DNA from: Candidatus Poribacteria bacterium | Lineage (GTDB): Bacteria > Poribacteria > WGA-4E > WGA-3G | Assembly: GCA_028824575.1 (NCBI GenBank) | Contig: JAPPDN010000059.1 | Coordinates: 43,514 to 107,513, forward strand | Direction of reading: 5' to 3' | Length of the DNA: 64,000 nucleotides | Shown here: piece after piece, positions 50,793 through 60,988 of the stretch | How positions within the stretch are numbered: the stretch's first letter is position 1 | Layout: every line of letters begins with the position of its first letter | Notes under the pieces: generated by a model | Databases searched by the model: none | What the model saw: the letters and a program-made list of their open reading frames with translations, nothing else | What the model was told of the DNA's origin: nothing | Position numbers and translations under genes: made by a program

Positions 50793-50956
50793 AGGGTTAC
50801 CACACACGGTATCCCTCAGAAACGCGTTACAAAGCATCCTCGTAAGTTTTTTTAACGTGTCCCATGGTTTTCTATTCGGTTGTGCCTGTCTTTGTCGCAT
50901 AATTTGTTAGGTTGGGCATGGCATCGTTAATTGACGAAGGTATTTAACTGTAAAAT

Positions 50957-51157
50957 ATGCTTTCCGAATTACACTATAGAATCTTGGAGAATGCCAATCG
51001 CGAACTGACGAAACAGTTTCGGAAACTCCGCAACGCCCGCGCCAGTCGCGACGCACACACTATCAAACGCGCTGAAATGGAATACTTTCAGTCGTTGCAG
51101 CACCTTTACGCCGCGGTGCAAGATGCCGTTGCTGATGGAAACCCCCAATACCGGTAG
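50957..51157 (+). CDS. small helical protein, paralog of 47394-47600
   Basis: See 47394-47600. Confidence 0.4.
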   Translation: MLSELHYRILENANRELTKQFRKLRNARASRDAHTIKRAEMEYFQSLQHLYAAVQDAVADGNPQYR

Positions 51158-51502
51158 GAGAAACCCGTCTTGTGCCGGTTTCCCATGCATTACCGACAAC
51201 CCATTCAAATTAACTATTTGTTAATTTTCTCAATCTTAAAGTTTTTCAAACTGCCTGCGAACATAGTGGACATAGGGGTTCGTGTTCTGAACCTAACGTT
51301 TTCACAGTTACGTTAGGTTGTCTTACCGTCATAGGTGTTTTCTGATTTCCGTGGGCTATATTTTCTCAATTCTATGTTATTTTCAAGAAGAACCCTTCAA
51401 ATTGCTATCGGATTTGTGCTAAACCGAGATGCTATTTTTGTCAGAGACAAGAATTCTTTAATGAATTGCTGAATTAACTTCACTTCCCCTGACTAAAATC
51501 AA

Positions 51503-51949
51503 CTAACGCAAAGTCATATAACCGATGAAAATTAGAAGGATCGCTCCATAAATGCAAAACAACAGAATCGTAACAGTTTGGAAGGTCCGAAACGATTCGA
51601 TGCGTTTATCCAGATTTTGACACCAGCGATAAAGGTGCTGGATGTCAGCTCTCAGTTCAACAAGGGTCTTATCTATATTCCAAACACGCCTAAATTTGAT
51701 GGTCACGAAAATACTTGCTGCAGTCGCTATCAACCCCGAAATCCCGAGGATCCAACCGAACACCTTATCCCTTCGATCAAGTTCTTCAAACTTTTGGTTA
51801 ATCAAATTTTCGACTTGAGTTTCATCGACCTGAGCAAACACTTCAAGTATTTCCACTGAAACAGCGATGAACACCATACCAAGAATGAGGGTCATCACCA
51901 CTTTGACAGGCATCATAAACTCCTGTTTTCTTCTGTGTTTCAATTCCAA
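51503..51949 (-). CDS. membrane protein (3-4 TM segments)
   Basis: Hydrophobic segments VVMTLILGMVFIAVSV, GWILGISGLIATAASIFV, VTILLFCIYGAILLIFIGY. Confidence 0.4.
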   Translation of the reverse strand: MELKHRRKQEFMMPVKVVMTLILGMVFIAVSVEILEVFAQVDETQVENLINQKFEELDRRDKVFGWILGISGLIATAASIFVTIKFRRVWNIDKTLVELRADIQHLYRWCQNLDKRIESFRTFQTVTILLFCIYGAILLIFIGYMTLR

Positions 51950-51958
51950 AACGACTTA

Positions 51959-52828
51959 TTACATTAAGTTTTTTACCTTCTGTCCGACAGGATGTCCGAC
52001 CTTCCCAAAATCAGTGGACTTTATCTTCATTGCTTTTAACCAGACTTCCCAATAAAAGGTGATGATTTGAAAGTCTTTTTGATAAGGAACATTATTTTCA
52101 TCTGTTTGAAGGCGTATCTCGCTCATCAGGAAATCAATATCATAGCGACTGAAATCGTGTCCGGTGGTTAACAGACCGCTACCGCCTTGGATTTTCTGCT
52201 CCCATTGCGGATCGTCAGGCAATTTACTCACCTGCATGTACGTACGCGGAATCCGCATCGCTTCTATGATATTGTCGAAATTAAGGTAACCATCGGAAAT
52301 GCAGATAACGATATTCTGATGGTCTTCTGAGAAGTAACTCTCCGCTTCATATTTAAACCATTCCCAGATGTCAGAGCCGGTGTGCCTGTGTTGCCGAACA
52401 AATTCATATAAAGTATCAAGCGTATTAAGGAATACTTGTTTACGGTTTTCTACATCAGCATTGATCCCCGCAAGGCTTCTGTGACCAGCTCCGTCTTTAT
52501 CTGCAATGGCGAGATCTTTCATAATCTGTCGGGGTACTGGTGGAACACTGGGTTGGTTTGGAATGGCAATAGTGAGGCGATCATGATACTGAAGTTTCTC
52601 AGATGCAAGGATGTGCCGCTTGGTTACCCTTTCAAACTCAGTAACGATCTCTTTTATAATCTCCTTGTCCCTTTCGATTTGACCAGGATGCTTTTCGTCA
52701 GAAATGCGATCGGATGTATCAAGAATGATAACGATATTAATAGGTTTCGTTGCTGCCAATGTCCCTATATTCAAAACCATCAAAAAGGTTAGGTATAATA
52801 ACGTTCGCACAACATTGGAGGTTTTCAT
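51959..52828 (-). CDS. secreted protein with vWA-like N-terminal region
   Basis: Signal peptide; NIVIILDTSDRIS resembles the start of a vWA/MIDAS strand. Confidence 0.35.
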   Translation of the reverse strand: MKTSNVVRTLLYLTFLMVLNIGTLAATKPINIVIILDTSDRISDEKHPGQIERDKEIIKEIVTEFERVTKRHILASEKLQYHDRLTIAIPNQPSVPPVPRQIMKDLAIADKDGAGHRSLAGINADVENRKQVFLNTLDTLYEFVRQHRHTGSDIWEWFKYEAESYFSEDHQNIVICISDGYLNFDNIIEAMRIPRTYMQVSKLPDDPQWEQKIQGGSGLLTTGHDFSRYDIDFLMSEIRLQTDENNVPYQKDFQIITFYWEVWLKAMKIKSTDFGKVGHPVGQKVKNLM

Positions 52829-52838
52829 AAAGGGTCCT

Positions 52839-53183
52839 TTAGGAATTCTGAAGTGATGCTACATAGTCTTGAAGCGTTCTTTCTGCTAATTGCTGGATAT
52901 CCAAGACTTGTGCAGAAATTGTCTCTGGTAATTCCGTTTTACGTTGGGCTACATACCGGCACCAACCTGTTACGAATTCATTTGCTTGTCGTTCCAGCTT
53001 CTTTGTATCCACAAATTTTTTGCGTTTACGGTTCACTAAATCCTCAATCTCTGATTCACACCGGTTAATCTCCTCTTGTAACCCCTGAATCTGTTCACCG
53101 AAACCACTCATCTGATTTTGTATATGCGTCTGATCCGCCTGTATCCCCGCAATTTCTATCTCGATCGGTTTTTTGAAAGCCAA
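52839..53183 (-). CDS. coiled-coil protein
   Basis: 114 aa helical ORF. Confidence 0.35.
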   Translation of the reverse strand: MAFKKPIEIEIAGIQADQTHIQNQMSGFGEQIQGLQEEINRCESEIEDLVNRKRKKFVDTKKLERQANEFVTGWCRYVAQRKTELPETISAQVLDIQQLAERTLQDYVASLQNS

Positions 53184-53255
53184 TTCAAAAGGACTGCAAT
53201 TTTGAGGGGATTTCGTGCAAAATGTGAAAAACTTTTCTCAGCAAAGAAAGTCCTC

Positions 53256-56228
53256 CTATTTACGAGACACGGCATCCCCTTCCTCAAGCGAGATATGGAA
53301 CATCCCGCGCCGTTCGGTCGCAACATAAAGCCTGTCACGGTCAACAACAAGCGCGAGAACTTTGCCGGGAACATTCGGAGAAATCTGATTCCATTCGTCG
53401 TGAGCCTCCAAACGGTAGACTCCCTCATCACCCGCACCGTAAATCGTAGGACCATCCACAGCCAATCTTTCAATAACACCTTCAGCGGTGATCACGCGCC
53501 AATGCATCCCGGTTTGTGATGCTAAGACACCTCTGTCTGTCGCGACGTAAACCGTCGATCCGGCAAAGAGAATCTCCGTGAAATCGGTGAACGGGAGCGG
53601 CAGCGTTGACGTAATGTCTTTCCAACTGTCCCCGCCATCCAGCGATTGAAACAACTTGCCATCGCGTTTCCCGACGTAGACGGTTTTTCCTGAAACCGCT
53701 AACTTGAACCCATATTCCGTATCCGCAGCGGACGGCTCGCCAGTATCTACCAATCCGGTGTCCTTCCATTCTGGATCGCCGGGATTCCATTTGAAAAGTT
53801 TCCGTTTATATTCGGCATACAATGTCTCGCTACTGACCGCAAATGCACCAATTGCTTCATGTTCTTTCCGACGCAAAGTCTTTACCGAATTATCATCTCC
53901 ATGACCGTGGACTGAATGTGCCTGTCCTACTCCCTTGCTATTTGCTGACACCTTGATGGATGGAGCATCCACTTCAAACGTGGGGATCCCTTGAAACCGG
54001 ACGAGGCTATTGCCATCAGCAGATAAACGGAAAATGCCCAAATTGTCTCCTTCAGGTAAAAATACATAGAGCCTATTGTTAGCAACAGTTAACCAAGAAT
54101 CAGAAGAAATAGTGATGTAGGACTGTCTGGCTTCGATCGCGCTGTGTCTGCCATTGCTAAGGTCAATCCGAACGGTTTTCCATGACTCACCCCGGTCCAC
54201 CGATTGGACAAGTGCATCACCGGTATGTGCGTAGAGCTTGTTGTTGAGTGTGACCAAATCCAATATCCCAGTTCCGATCATGCCATCCATGAACAGATGC
54301 CACGACTCACCGCCATCGGTTGTCCGGTAAACACCCGATCTTCCTGCTTTGTAAAATGTATTCTCATTTCCTGCCACAGCTGCCAAACCACTCAGGACAA
54401 ACGAATCCCTGTCAAATCCAAGGTCTACCCACGTCTGTCCACCGTCTCTTGATCGAAAACGAGTGGTCGTCTCTGCGAAGATCGTCTTACCGGTGACCAA
54501 CAAACTCATACCCGACCGTGCCCTTATAGAACGTGATCGACCTATCGGCGTTATTTCAGTCCATGAGGTGCCCAAGTCCCTTGAATGGAAAGCCCTGCTC
54601 AAACTTGAATTGTCGTCATACATCATCTGCATGACTTCCTTCGATTCCGATTCAATCTGTTCTAAGCGAAGAAAATCAGGACCCGTTCCAACATAGAGAT
54701 GACCTTCAGCCACTGCTAAGGAATAGATGGATCCGGATATATCTTCAAGTAATCGTTTCCACGTCCCTGAATCAAGTCGATAGAGGCCTTTGTCTGTGCC
54801 GACAAATACCGTGTTTCCAACCGCAGTCACTGCGGAAATCCTTCTGCCCATCAATCCATCATCAAAAAGTGTCCACTGGGCACCTACATCTGTAGAGCGG
54901 AACATACCCTTCTCATAGAGGGCAAGATACATCGTCCGATGCAGATGGGAACCGTTTCCTTGTGCTTCATCTACGACTACCAATCCAATGGCATCTCCTT
55001 CTGGACGGGGACCGAGGGATTTCCAGGTCTCACCGGCATCGGTTGAGGCAAATACCTCATCATTAGAGACGACGTAGAGTGTTCCTTCATGCTCTGCCAT
55101 AGGCACCCGCAATCCTTCAAGAGGGAAGTTACTGTTTATGAGCGTCCATGCCGGTGCATCTGGTGTCAACCTATAGATACCTGTCGGTGAAAAAGCGTAA
55201 ATCGTCCCTTCAGCTGTTGCGGATATATCAGCAACAGAACCGCCTTGCGGTCCAGCTGTCTGTGCCCATTGGGATGCGGAAAGTTGAATTGCCCCATCCT
55301 GTGTAAGGGATGCTAAATCCGATTCAGAGACTTGCACGCCCGTCCCTGTGTTTCTATCGGTGTTCACAGCGCGCCCTGCTTGACTTCGGACATCGGGTTT
55401 CGTATCAATATTGAGAACGATAGGCGTGTCTATAATTTCAATCGTCGGTTCTGACTGTGCCTCGAAACTATACGGTTTCTGAAATCGGACGAGGTATTGA
55501 TTGCTCACACCCAACAGCAGTAGCGTCACCAGGACCGCAGATGCCCCAAAAGCCGCCCATGGCAGTAATGGTTTTCCTGTTGAAGGCGGTGCTAATTTCG
55601 TATCAGCGACTTTCTGGAGGATGTTCTGTGTTAGATTTTCAGACAGTCGGACACTTCCGAGCATCTCTTGAACCAGGAGTTCCTCGTCCTGTTTCAAACG
55701 CTTTCGCGCCCGCTGCAGCCGACTCGTAATCGTGTTCACCGATACACCTAAAAACTTGCTAATCTCCTTCGCCGTCATTTCACCGAGATAGTAAAGCGTC
55801 ATGACGGTGCGTTCACTCTCGGGTAGTTTTTCCAGAAGTTTCTTGACGAGTTCCTGGTGATGTGAGCGGGCCTCTTCTTCGTGTTGTGTCGACACATACT
55901 GTTCGTAAAAGGTTTTCTCCATCTCTGCCATGGTGACATCCTCCAACGACTTTACTTCCGGTTTGTTCTTTCGGAGATAGGTATTACACAACTGATTTGT
56001 AATGACATAAAGCCACCCAGAAAACTGTTTAGGATCCTTTAACTTTGCGAGATGCTTGTAGGCGCGAAGGAAAGCGTCCTGCGTAATCTCCTCGGCGAAA
56101 TGGAAATCACCAATCCGCCGCCAAGCAAGCGCGTGAACACTTTTCTGATGCTTGCGGACTAACGCCGTGAACGCTTCATCGTCTCCCGACAAAACCTTGT
56201 AAATGAGTTGAACATCATCTTCTACCAT
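53256..56228 (-). CDS. ECF sigma factor fused via a TM segment to an extracytoplasmic BNR/sialidase-like beta-propeller domain (sigma/anti-sigma-like fusion)
   Basis: N-terminal sigma-70 regions 2 and 4 (ITQDAFLRAY..., LYYLGEMTAKEISKFLGVSVNTITSRLQRARKRL); TM segment LLPWAAFGASAVLVTLLLLGV; at least 7 BNR motifs (STDAGETW, STDVGAQW, SRDLGTSW, SRDGGQTW, TTDGGESW, SVDRGESW, SLDGGDSW). Confidence 0.7.
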   Translation of the reverse strand: MVEDDVQLIYKVLSGDDEAFTALVRKHQKSVHALAWRRIGDFHFAEEITQDAFLRAYKHLAKLKDPKQFSGWLYVITNQLCNTYLRKNKPEVKSLEDVTMAEMEKTFYEQYVSTQHEEEARSHHQELVKKLLEKLPESERTVMTLYYLGEMTAKEISKFLGVSVNTITSRLQRARKRLKQDEELLVQEMLGSVRLSENLTQNILQKVADTKLAPPSTGKPLLPWAAFGASAVLVTLLLLGVSNQYLVRFQKPYSFEAQSEPTIEIIDTPIVLNIDTKPDVRSQAGRAVNTDRNTGTGVQVSESDLASLTQDGAIQLSASQWAQTAGPQGGSVADISATAEGTIYAFSPTGIYRLTPDAPAWTLINSNFPLEGLRVPMAEHEGTLYVVSNDEVFASTDAGETWKSLGPRPEGDAIGLVVVDEAQGNGSHLHRTMYLALYEKGMFRSTDVGAQWTLFDDGLMGRRISAVTAVGNTVFVGTDKGLYRLDSGTWKRLLEDISGSIYSLAVAEGHLYVGTGPDFLRLEQIESESKEVMQMMYDDNSSLSRAFHSRDLGTSWTEITPIGRSRSIRARSGMSLLVTGKTIFAETTTRFRSRDGGQTWVDLGFDRDSFVLSGLAAVAGNENTFYKAGRSGVYRTTDGGESWHLFMDGMIGTGILDLVTLNNKLYAHTGDALVQSVDRGESWKTVRIDLSNGRHSAIEARQSYITISSDSWLTVANNRLYVFLPEGDNLGIFRLSADGNSLVRFQGIPTFEVDAPSIKVSANSKGVGQAHSVHGHGDDNSVKTLRRKEHEAIGAFAVSSETLYAEYKRKLFKWNPGDPEWKDTGLVDTGEPSAADTEYGFKLAVSGKTVYVGKRDGKLFQSLDGGDSWKDITSTLPLPFTDFTEILFAGSTVYVATDRGVLASQTGMHWRVITAEGVIERLAVDGPTIYGAGDEGVYRLEAHDEWNQISPNVPGKVLALVVDRDRLYVATERRGMFHISLEEGDAVSRK

Positions 56229-56421
56229 CAGGATTCTCTATCATGAATGAGCAGAACTGATTGTGTTGACCTGTTTTTCAATGTAATTACGATTATTTTT
56301 ATTAAAGACTCCACTTTTCGGCAAAAAACGTGCATAATCTGAAAAAAAGTTACGAAAGTGGCGGTTTCACTGTCTCTGATAGGAAACCGCCGAAAATAGA
56401 TTGTCAATACATTCCTTAGCG

Positions 56422-56682
56422 TTATTCACATTGACTGTGCCAGACCCCTACACAGGTCCCTGCATGCCATTGGTCACACCAAACGGCGCAATACTCGCCG
56501 TCTGCACAGTCATCACCGTCAGGGTCACACGTTAAATGTGCCTGAACGGGAGGCGTAACGATTGCTTGGGCGAGCAATACACTTGCGCTTGCGACACCCA
56601 GAGCCAATGGTGACTTAACGCCAACACGACCCTCTTCGGATTTGAGGAAGTCACTAATTTTACTGCGAATGTTGTTTTTCAT
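56422..56682 (-). CDS. small secreted Cys-rich peptide precursor (paralog of 62282-62497)
   Basis: The conserved 45-aa N-terminus MKNNIRSKISDFLKSEEGRVGVKSPLALGVASASVLLAQAIV ends in an AQA cleavage-like site, followed by a 6-Cys tail. Strong AAAGGAGA RBS. Confidence 0.45.
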   Translation of the reverse strand: MKNNIRSKISDFLKSEEGRVGVKSPLALGVASASVLLAQAIVTPPVQAHLTCDPDGDDCADGEYCAVWCDQWHAGTCVGVWHSQCE

Positions 56683-56896
56683 CTATGGGTTTTCTCCTTT
56701 CTGCCGGTGCTCCCGTCCAGCGGGATCAGTCCCTAACGGTTGTCAGGAGACCCATTTTCAGCACGAGAAGAAAAAGATGAAAATCTCGGATTTTCATTGC
56801 TTTTCCTCTTATCGCTTATGGGGTGGAGCCAGCCCGCTGAAAATGTTTAAAAACCGGTTCAATTTGGACATAGAATTCCAGTTCATAAACATGTTG

Positions 56897-58753
56897 CTAC
56901 TGGCATGGCGTTCCACTCGCCCGCAAGAGTTGATTCGCTTGGAATTTGTGATTATCGACGAAAATCGTTGGAGAAGCCCGAACACCGAGTTCCGCGGCAC
57001 GCTTGATGTTTTCTCGGAAAAGCTGTTCTGCTTCCGGACTGTCAAATAATGCCTGAATCTTCGCGACATCAATGCCGAGTTTCTCTGCACAGTCTTCCCA
57101 GCTCTTGTCCAATTTCTTGCCGCGGCACAAAATATAGTCGAGATACCGATCGGGGTATTCCCGTGCGATGAGCAACTGTCGGATGTTTTCTGCGACTTCA
57201 GGGTAACCGTGAAGGCTCGTAAACGGCGTTATGTCTTGTGCAGAAGGCGCTTCTTTTTCCTGCGCAACAAATTGAAGTTTGAAGTCGATTTTATCGCCAA
57301 ACTCCTTCACGATCGGAATAATCTTTTCTTCCGCTTGAACTCCGTATGGACAATAGCTCATGACAAAGAGTTCCAGCGTCGGTTTCCCCATCCGTGCGAT
57401 ACGGGATGCTAAGAGTTCCTCCAAGTTCATCGAGGCGCGGCTATGATCCACATCCTTCGTATGCAGTTCTACAACCTCAGCGAACCCTGGCGAATGTTCC
57501 GGGTCGTGGCATTGTAAACAGAGCGATGTATCCGCACCGCTACGGATATTGCTTTTTTTCGGGTTGCCGACGTGCTGCTTGCCGGGACCGTGGCACGTCT
57601 CACACTGCACACCTTTGAGCGTTGTGTTCTGGTCCCCTATTTGAAATCCCGTTGAATACCCGAACCCAGTTGTATGGCAGGAGACACACCCGGCATCAAA
57701 GTATCGCTCTTTTTTCAGAAGGGTTTCAAAGGCAAAAGCGTGACGCGTCGCCGACCACTGGAGGTATTCCTGCTCATGGCATTGCTGACACGCCGTCGCT
57801 GAGACATACCCATTTTGTGGATCTCGTTCCAAGTGCTGGTTGGCAAAGAGCGGGGTCAGATCAGCGGAGGGTGAGGCTTCCCGATAAAAGTCAGTTAGCA
57901 ATTGGCGGACAGGTTTGGATTCCGCGACGTCACCTGTCAACGCCAGTTCTGTTGCGTAGTGGTGTGATAGTTTCCCATGGGCATCCAGCCAAAGTGCCAA
58001 TACCCCCAAGGTTTTGCCATGCGGTTCAGATGCGACATAAAGTGTTTCTCGGTCTGCCGTGACGGTTTCAACGCCACCAGATTGGATTACAACGTCAACA
58101 TGCTCCGTGGTATCAAGATGTCCCAATCCCACAACAAGATTCACTTCTGATACGGCTCGCGTCTGAGGTGTCCCCGCAACGAAAGCGATCCGATGTTGTC
58201 CGACTTCCTTGATAATAAAGGGTTGTGTGAAGTCGGTTTCTATAGCATCAGGTGCTAAGAACGGGAACGTGGCAACGGCAGAGAGTCGACCGAGATAAGT
58301 GTTCCCATAGGAAAGATCTGACGCACTGAGGGCGACGACATCGTATCCCATTGTGGACATCGCCTTGAGATTGACCTCACACCGCTTTGTGTCTATCTCC
58401 TCTGTCCCATCAAAAATATTTCCAGCATCGACCAAGAGTGTTGGGAATCCATATTCCCGAATCTGTTCCACAACGTAAGCACGCCTCGGGAGCCCACCCG
58501 ATTGTTCTTGATAGCATCCACACGGCTCCAGATGGCTCTCTGTGCTACTGGTATACAGAACAATTAGAGAAGGCGGCTCACCGCTTTCCAGTTTTGACAG
58601 CACGGTTTCCAAGCGGTCTCCGGAAACTGTTCGTGCTTGCTGTTTCACCACCTGTATCTGTTTGAGTCTTTGAGATTCTGCCCATTGTGCGTAAAAGGGG
58701 GGTAACGTCACCCCGACCGTTAGAAGTATTAAAATAAAAATCGCGCGTTTCAT
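56897..58753 (-). CDS. exported tetraheme c-type cytochrome fused to a C-terminal DsbA-like thioredoxin-fold domain
   Basis: Signal peptide MKRAIFILILLTVGV; four CxxCH motifs (CQQCH, CVSCH, CETCH, CLQCH); C-terminal FVMSYCPYGVQAEEKIIPIVKEF... DsbA-like. Confidence 0.6.
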   Translation of the reverse strand: MKRAIFILILLTVGVTLPPFYAQWAESQRLKQIQVVKQQARTVSGDRLETVLSKLESGEPPSLIVLYTSSTESHLEPCGCYQEQSGGLPRRAYVVEQIREYGFPTLLVDAGNIFDGTEEIDTKRCEVNLKAMSTMGYDVVALSASDLSYGNTYLGRLSAVATFPFLAPDAIETDFTQPFIIKEVGQHRIAFVAGTPQTRAVSEVNLVVGLGHLDTTEHVDVVIQSGGVETVTADRETLYVASEPHGKTLGVLALWLDAHGKLSHHYATELALTGDVAESKPVRQLLTDFYREASPSADLTPLFANQHLERDPQNGYVSATACQQCHEQEYLQWSATRHAFAFETLLKKERYFDAGCVSCHTTGFGYSTGFQIGDQNTTLKGVQCETCHGPGKQHVGNPKKSNIRSGADTSLCLQCHDPEHSPGFAEVVELHTKDVDHSRASMNLEELLASRIARMGKPTLELFVMSYCPYGVQAEEKIIPIVKEFGDKIDFKLQFVAQEKEAPSAQDITPFTSLHGYPEVAENIRQLLIAREYPDRYLDYILCRGKKLDKSWEDCAEKLGIDVAKIQALFDSPEAEQLFRENIKRAAELGVRASPTIFVDNHKFQANQLLRASGTPCQ

Positions 58754-58930
58754 AAAACATATTAAATCAATATTTGTTGATTTGCATTCCTTTCCTATAT
58801 AAATAGGACTTACGCATACTGCTCTTTTGTAGCATAAACTTTTAGTTTGTGCCACCAGAACGCTGTGTTTTCCGAAAAATCTCATCTCACAGAACGGGCT
58901 ACAGTCAAAATTGCGTAAGTCCTGATAAAG

Positions 58931-60067
58931 TTAGAATAATTGGATCATCTTAGAATAAAAAGGGCCCTGACAAAGAATTGTAAGAAGGGCACCGACAGAG
59001 ATCACAGGTGCGAAACGAATTGAAGGTTGGACATTTATCCGATTGCCGAATTCGGCAAATGCCCCTGCCGCGGCAAGGCTTTGTAATTGATCAATCTCCT
59101 CTGTAGTGAGACCTGCGGGATCCGGCGAAATAACGATGTTGTCGTCCTGACCGCTTGAAAATCCAACTTGCTTCTTTTTGTAGTGGGTAGTGCCGTCTGG
59201 CTCTTCAACCCGAACAATTTGTTCAGCAGGGATCATACCCACTTGGAGACCATTCACATCAACAGCACTGTCTAAGGTCACACTCGCCAAACTCAGAACC
59301 AACTGTTTGGCAATAACGAAAACCACGAGATATAATCCTAAGAAAAAGGCGAAGCCAGTGAGAAAGACCGACACAGACGGCGTTGCTTGCACCGCTAACC
59401 AGACGCACACAAAACTAATGACAGCATAATAGACCGGCGTTTTCGGCAGGGGGGACAGGAGTTTCTGTATTAACGTGAATGCCACCAAAACGAAAACAAG
59501 ATGCAGAAACCGGTCAGGTTCCCATCCAACGCGCTGCAACAGATAGGTAAGCGCAGATCCGATCCCGATAAACAGCAATAGACCGAAAAATTTTTCGAGA
59601 AGTGCTGCTTTCTGAAAGTTTGACTTAAAGAAATACCGAAAAAGGTCCAACTTATTCCGCATCAACACGAACTTGTAAAGTAGGTAACCCAAGAGTCCTA
59701 TTGAGTACGGAACAATGATATTGAGTGCGAGTATTAACGGCGGAAAACTCAAAGCACCGCTCAGATTTCTGAACAGTGATAGCGGAAAGATTAAAGAGAG
59801 TCCCCAAAAGAGCTTGGAGTCTCCGGGTGAGAAAATACCAAACCAATAGAAAGCGAAGGCGATAAGCCCGCTCCCGCAGAAGAGTCCTAAGATATAGAGC
59901 GGCGTTGTTGTGCCGAGATACCATGCCATTAACTGACTCAGTGTCCCCACATATAAAAGTCCGAGCGAACAGAAGTTGCGAATCTTTTGTGTCTTCAGGT
60001 CAGTATAACTCGCATATCCACAGAAAACGAGTGCCAAGAAAATCAGAAAGTATTCGTAGTGCGACAT
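58931..60067 (-). CDS. prepilin peptidase (A24)-like polytopic membrane protein with C-terminal soluble extension
   Basis: YTDLKTQKIRN and FSPGDSKLF resemble the two catalytic-Asp motifs of A24 peptidases; about 8 TM segments. Confidence 0.5.
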   Translation of the reverse strand: MSHYEYFLIFLALVFCGYASYTDLKTQKIRNFCSLGLLYVGTLSQLMAWYLGTTTPLYILGLFCGSGLIAFAFYWFGIFSPGDSKLFWGLSLIFPLSLFRNLSGALSFPPLILALNIIVPYSIGLLGYLLYKFVLMRNKLDLFRYFFKSNFQKAALLEKFFGLLLFIGIGSALTYLLQRVGWEPDRFLHLVFVLVAFTLIQKLLSPLPKTPVYYAVISFVCVWLAVQATPSVSVFLTGFAFFLGLYLVVFVIAKQLVLSLASVTLDSAVDVNGLQVGMIPAEQIVRVEEPDGTTHYKKKQVGFSSGQDDNIVISPDPAGLTTEEIDQLQSLAAAGAFAEFGNRINVQPSIRFAPVISVGALLTILCQGPFYSKMIQLF

Positions 60068-60091
60068 AATATGAACAAAAAGAGCCTTTCT

Positions 60092-60988
60092 TTAAGGTTT
60101 TACGCTTAACGCGAATGTATCAATGAAGGAACCCGATTGACGTTGGAACTTCTTCGTCTCAAAGTCAATAATCTTGAGTCCAACTTTTTCGTAGAGTGCT
60201 AAGACTTCATCAGGAGAATCAAAATCGTAGAGGTGCATCAACAGGGGCAGCTGCACTGGGAGTGCTGTGATGAGGTATCCGCCCGGTTTCAGTACACGCA
60301 TCGCTTCTAACAAGCCAGTTTCTGGATCTGGGATATGCTCAAGCACTTCAACAGCGATAACCCCATCGAAGGTATCGTCAGGATAGTGTAGACTGCGAAT
60401 GTCTCCGATTGACAAGGCACTCCTTTCACTTACCTCTTTTTTTCTCAAAAGCCTTTGAGCGTGCTGAAGGCAGTACTGGCTAATATCAACACCCTTAGTT
60501 TGCCATGAGGAATCCTGTTGTAGAATGAACGCTGTCAAAACGCCCGGACCGAAACCGAGATCACAGAAATGCGATTTCTCTTTGAAACAGTTCAAATGCT
60601 TACCGATGAATGCCTTTCGCTCCAAAGCAGGTGGAAAAGAGATATAGTTCAGGTGTTCACTGATTGGGTAATATTTTGTTTCATAGAGTTTCGTTTTTAC
60701 CGTTTCAAAGTCCCTATCTGCTGTGAGTTGAGTAGGAAGCTCAAGCGCGAAAAGTTGTTCAACAGTTATCTCGCCGCTGTAGAGAATGTCGCCAACAATT
60801 TCTTCAGTGTGTGCCCACTTCGTTTCCGATTGTTGAATCAGGGTGTCTGTCTGCTCCAAGATCGAGGACAATAGATACTGGATGGTCTGATTAAAACGGG
60901 CACGATGGTATTCCACGGCGTGTGGATATGAAGCTGTATGTTTTTGAAATTGTGCCTCAAACGCGGATTCAAATTCAGGATAGTACAT
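60092..60988 (-). CDS. class I SAM-dependent methyltransferase
   Basis: Motif I DLGFGPGV, post-I and VLKPGGYL motifs. Confidence 0.6.
   Translation of the reverse strand: MYYPEFESAFEAQFQKHTASYPHAVEYHRARFNQTIQYLLSSILEQTDTLIQQSETKWAHTEEIVGDILYSGEITVEQLFALELPTQLTADRDFETVKTKLYETKYYPISEHLNYISFPPALERKAFIGKHLNCFKEKSHFCDLGFGPGVLTAFILQQDSSWQTKGVDISQYCLQHAQRLLRKKEVSERSALSIGDIRSLHYPDDTFDGVIAVEVLEHIPDPETGLLEAMRVLKPGGYLITALPVQLPLLMHLYDFDSPDEVLALYEKVGLKIIDFETKKFQRQSGSFIDTFALSVKP

Noticed and set aside
3037-58852. GTAGC-hairpins considered as Rho-independent terminators
   Set aside because: None is followed by a T/U-run; called a repeat family instead. The single convincing intrinsic terminator is at 17616-17650.
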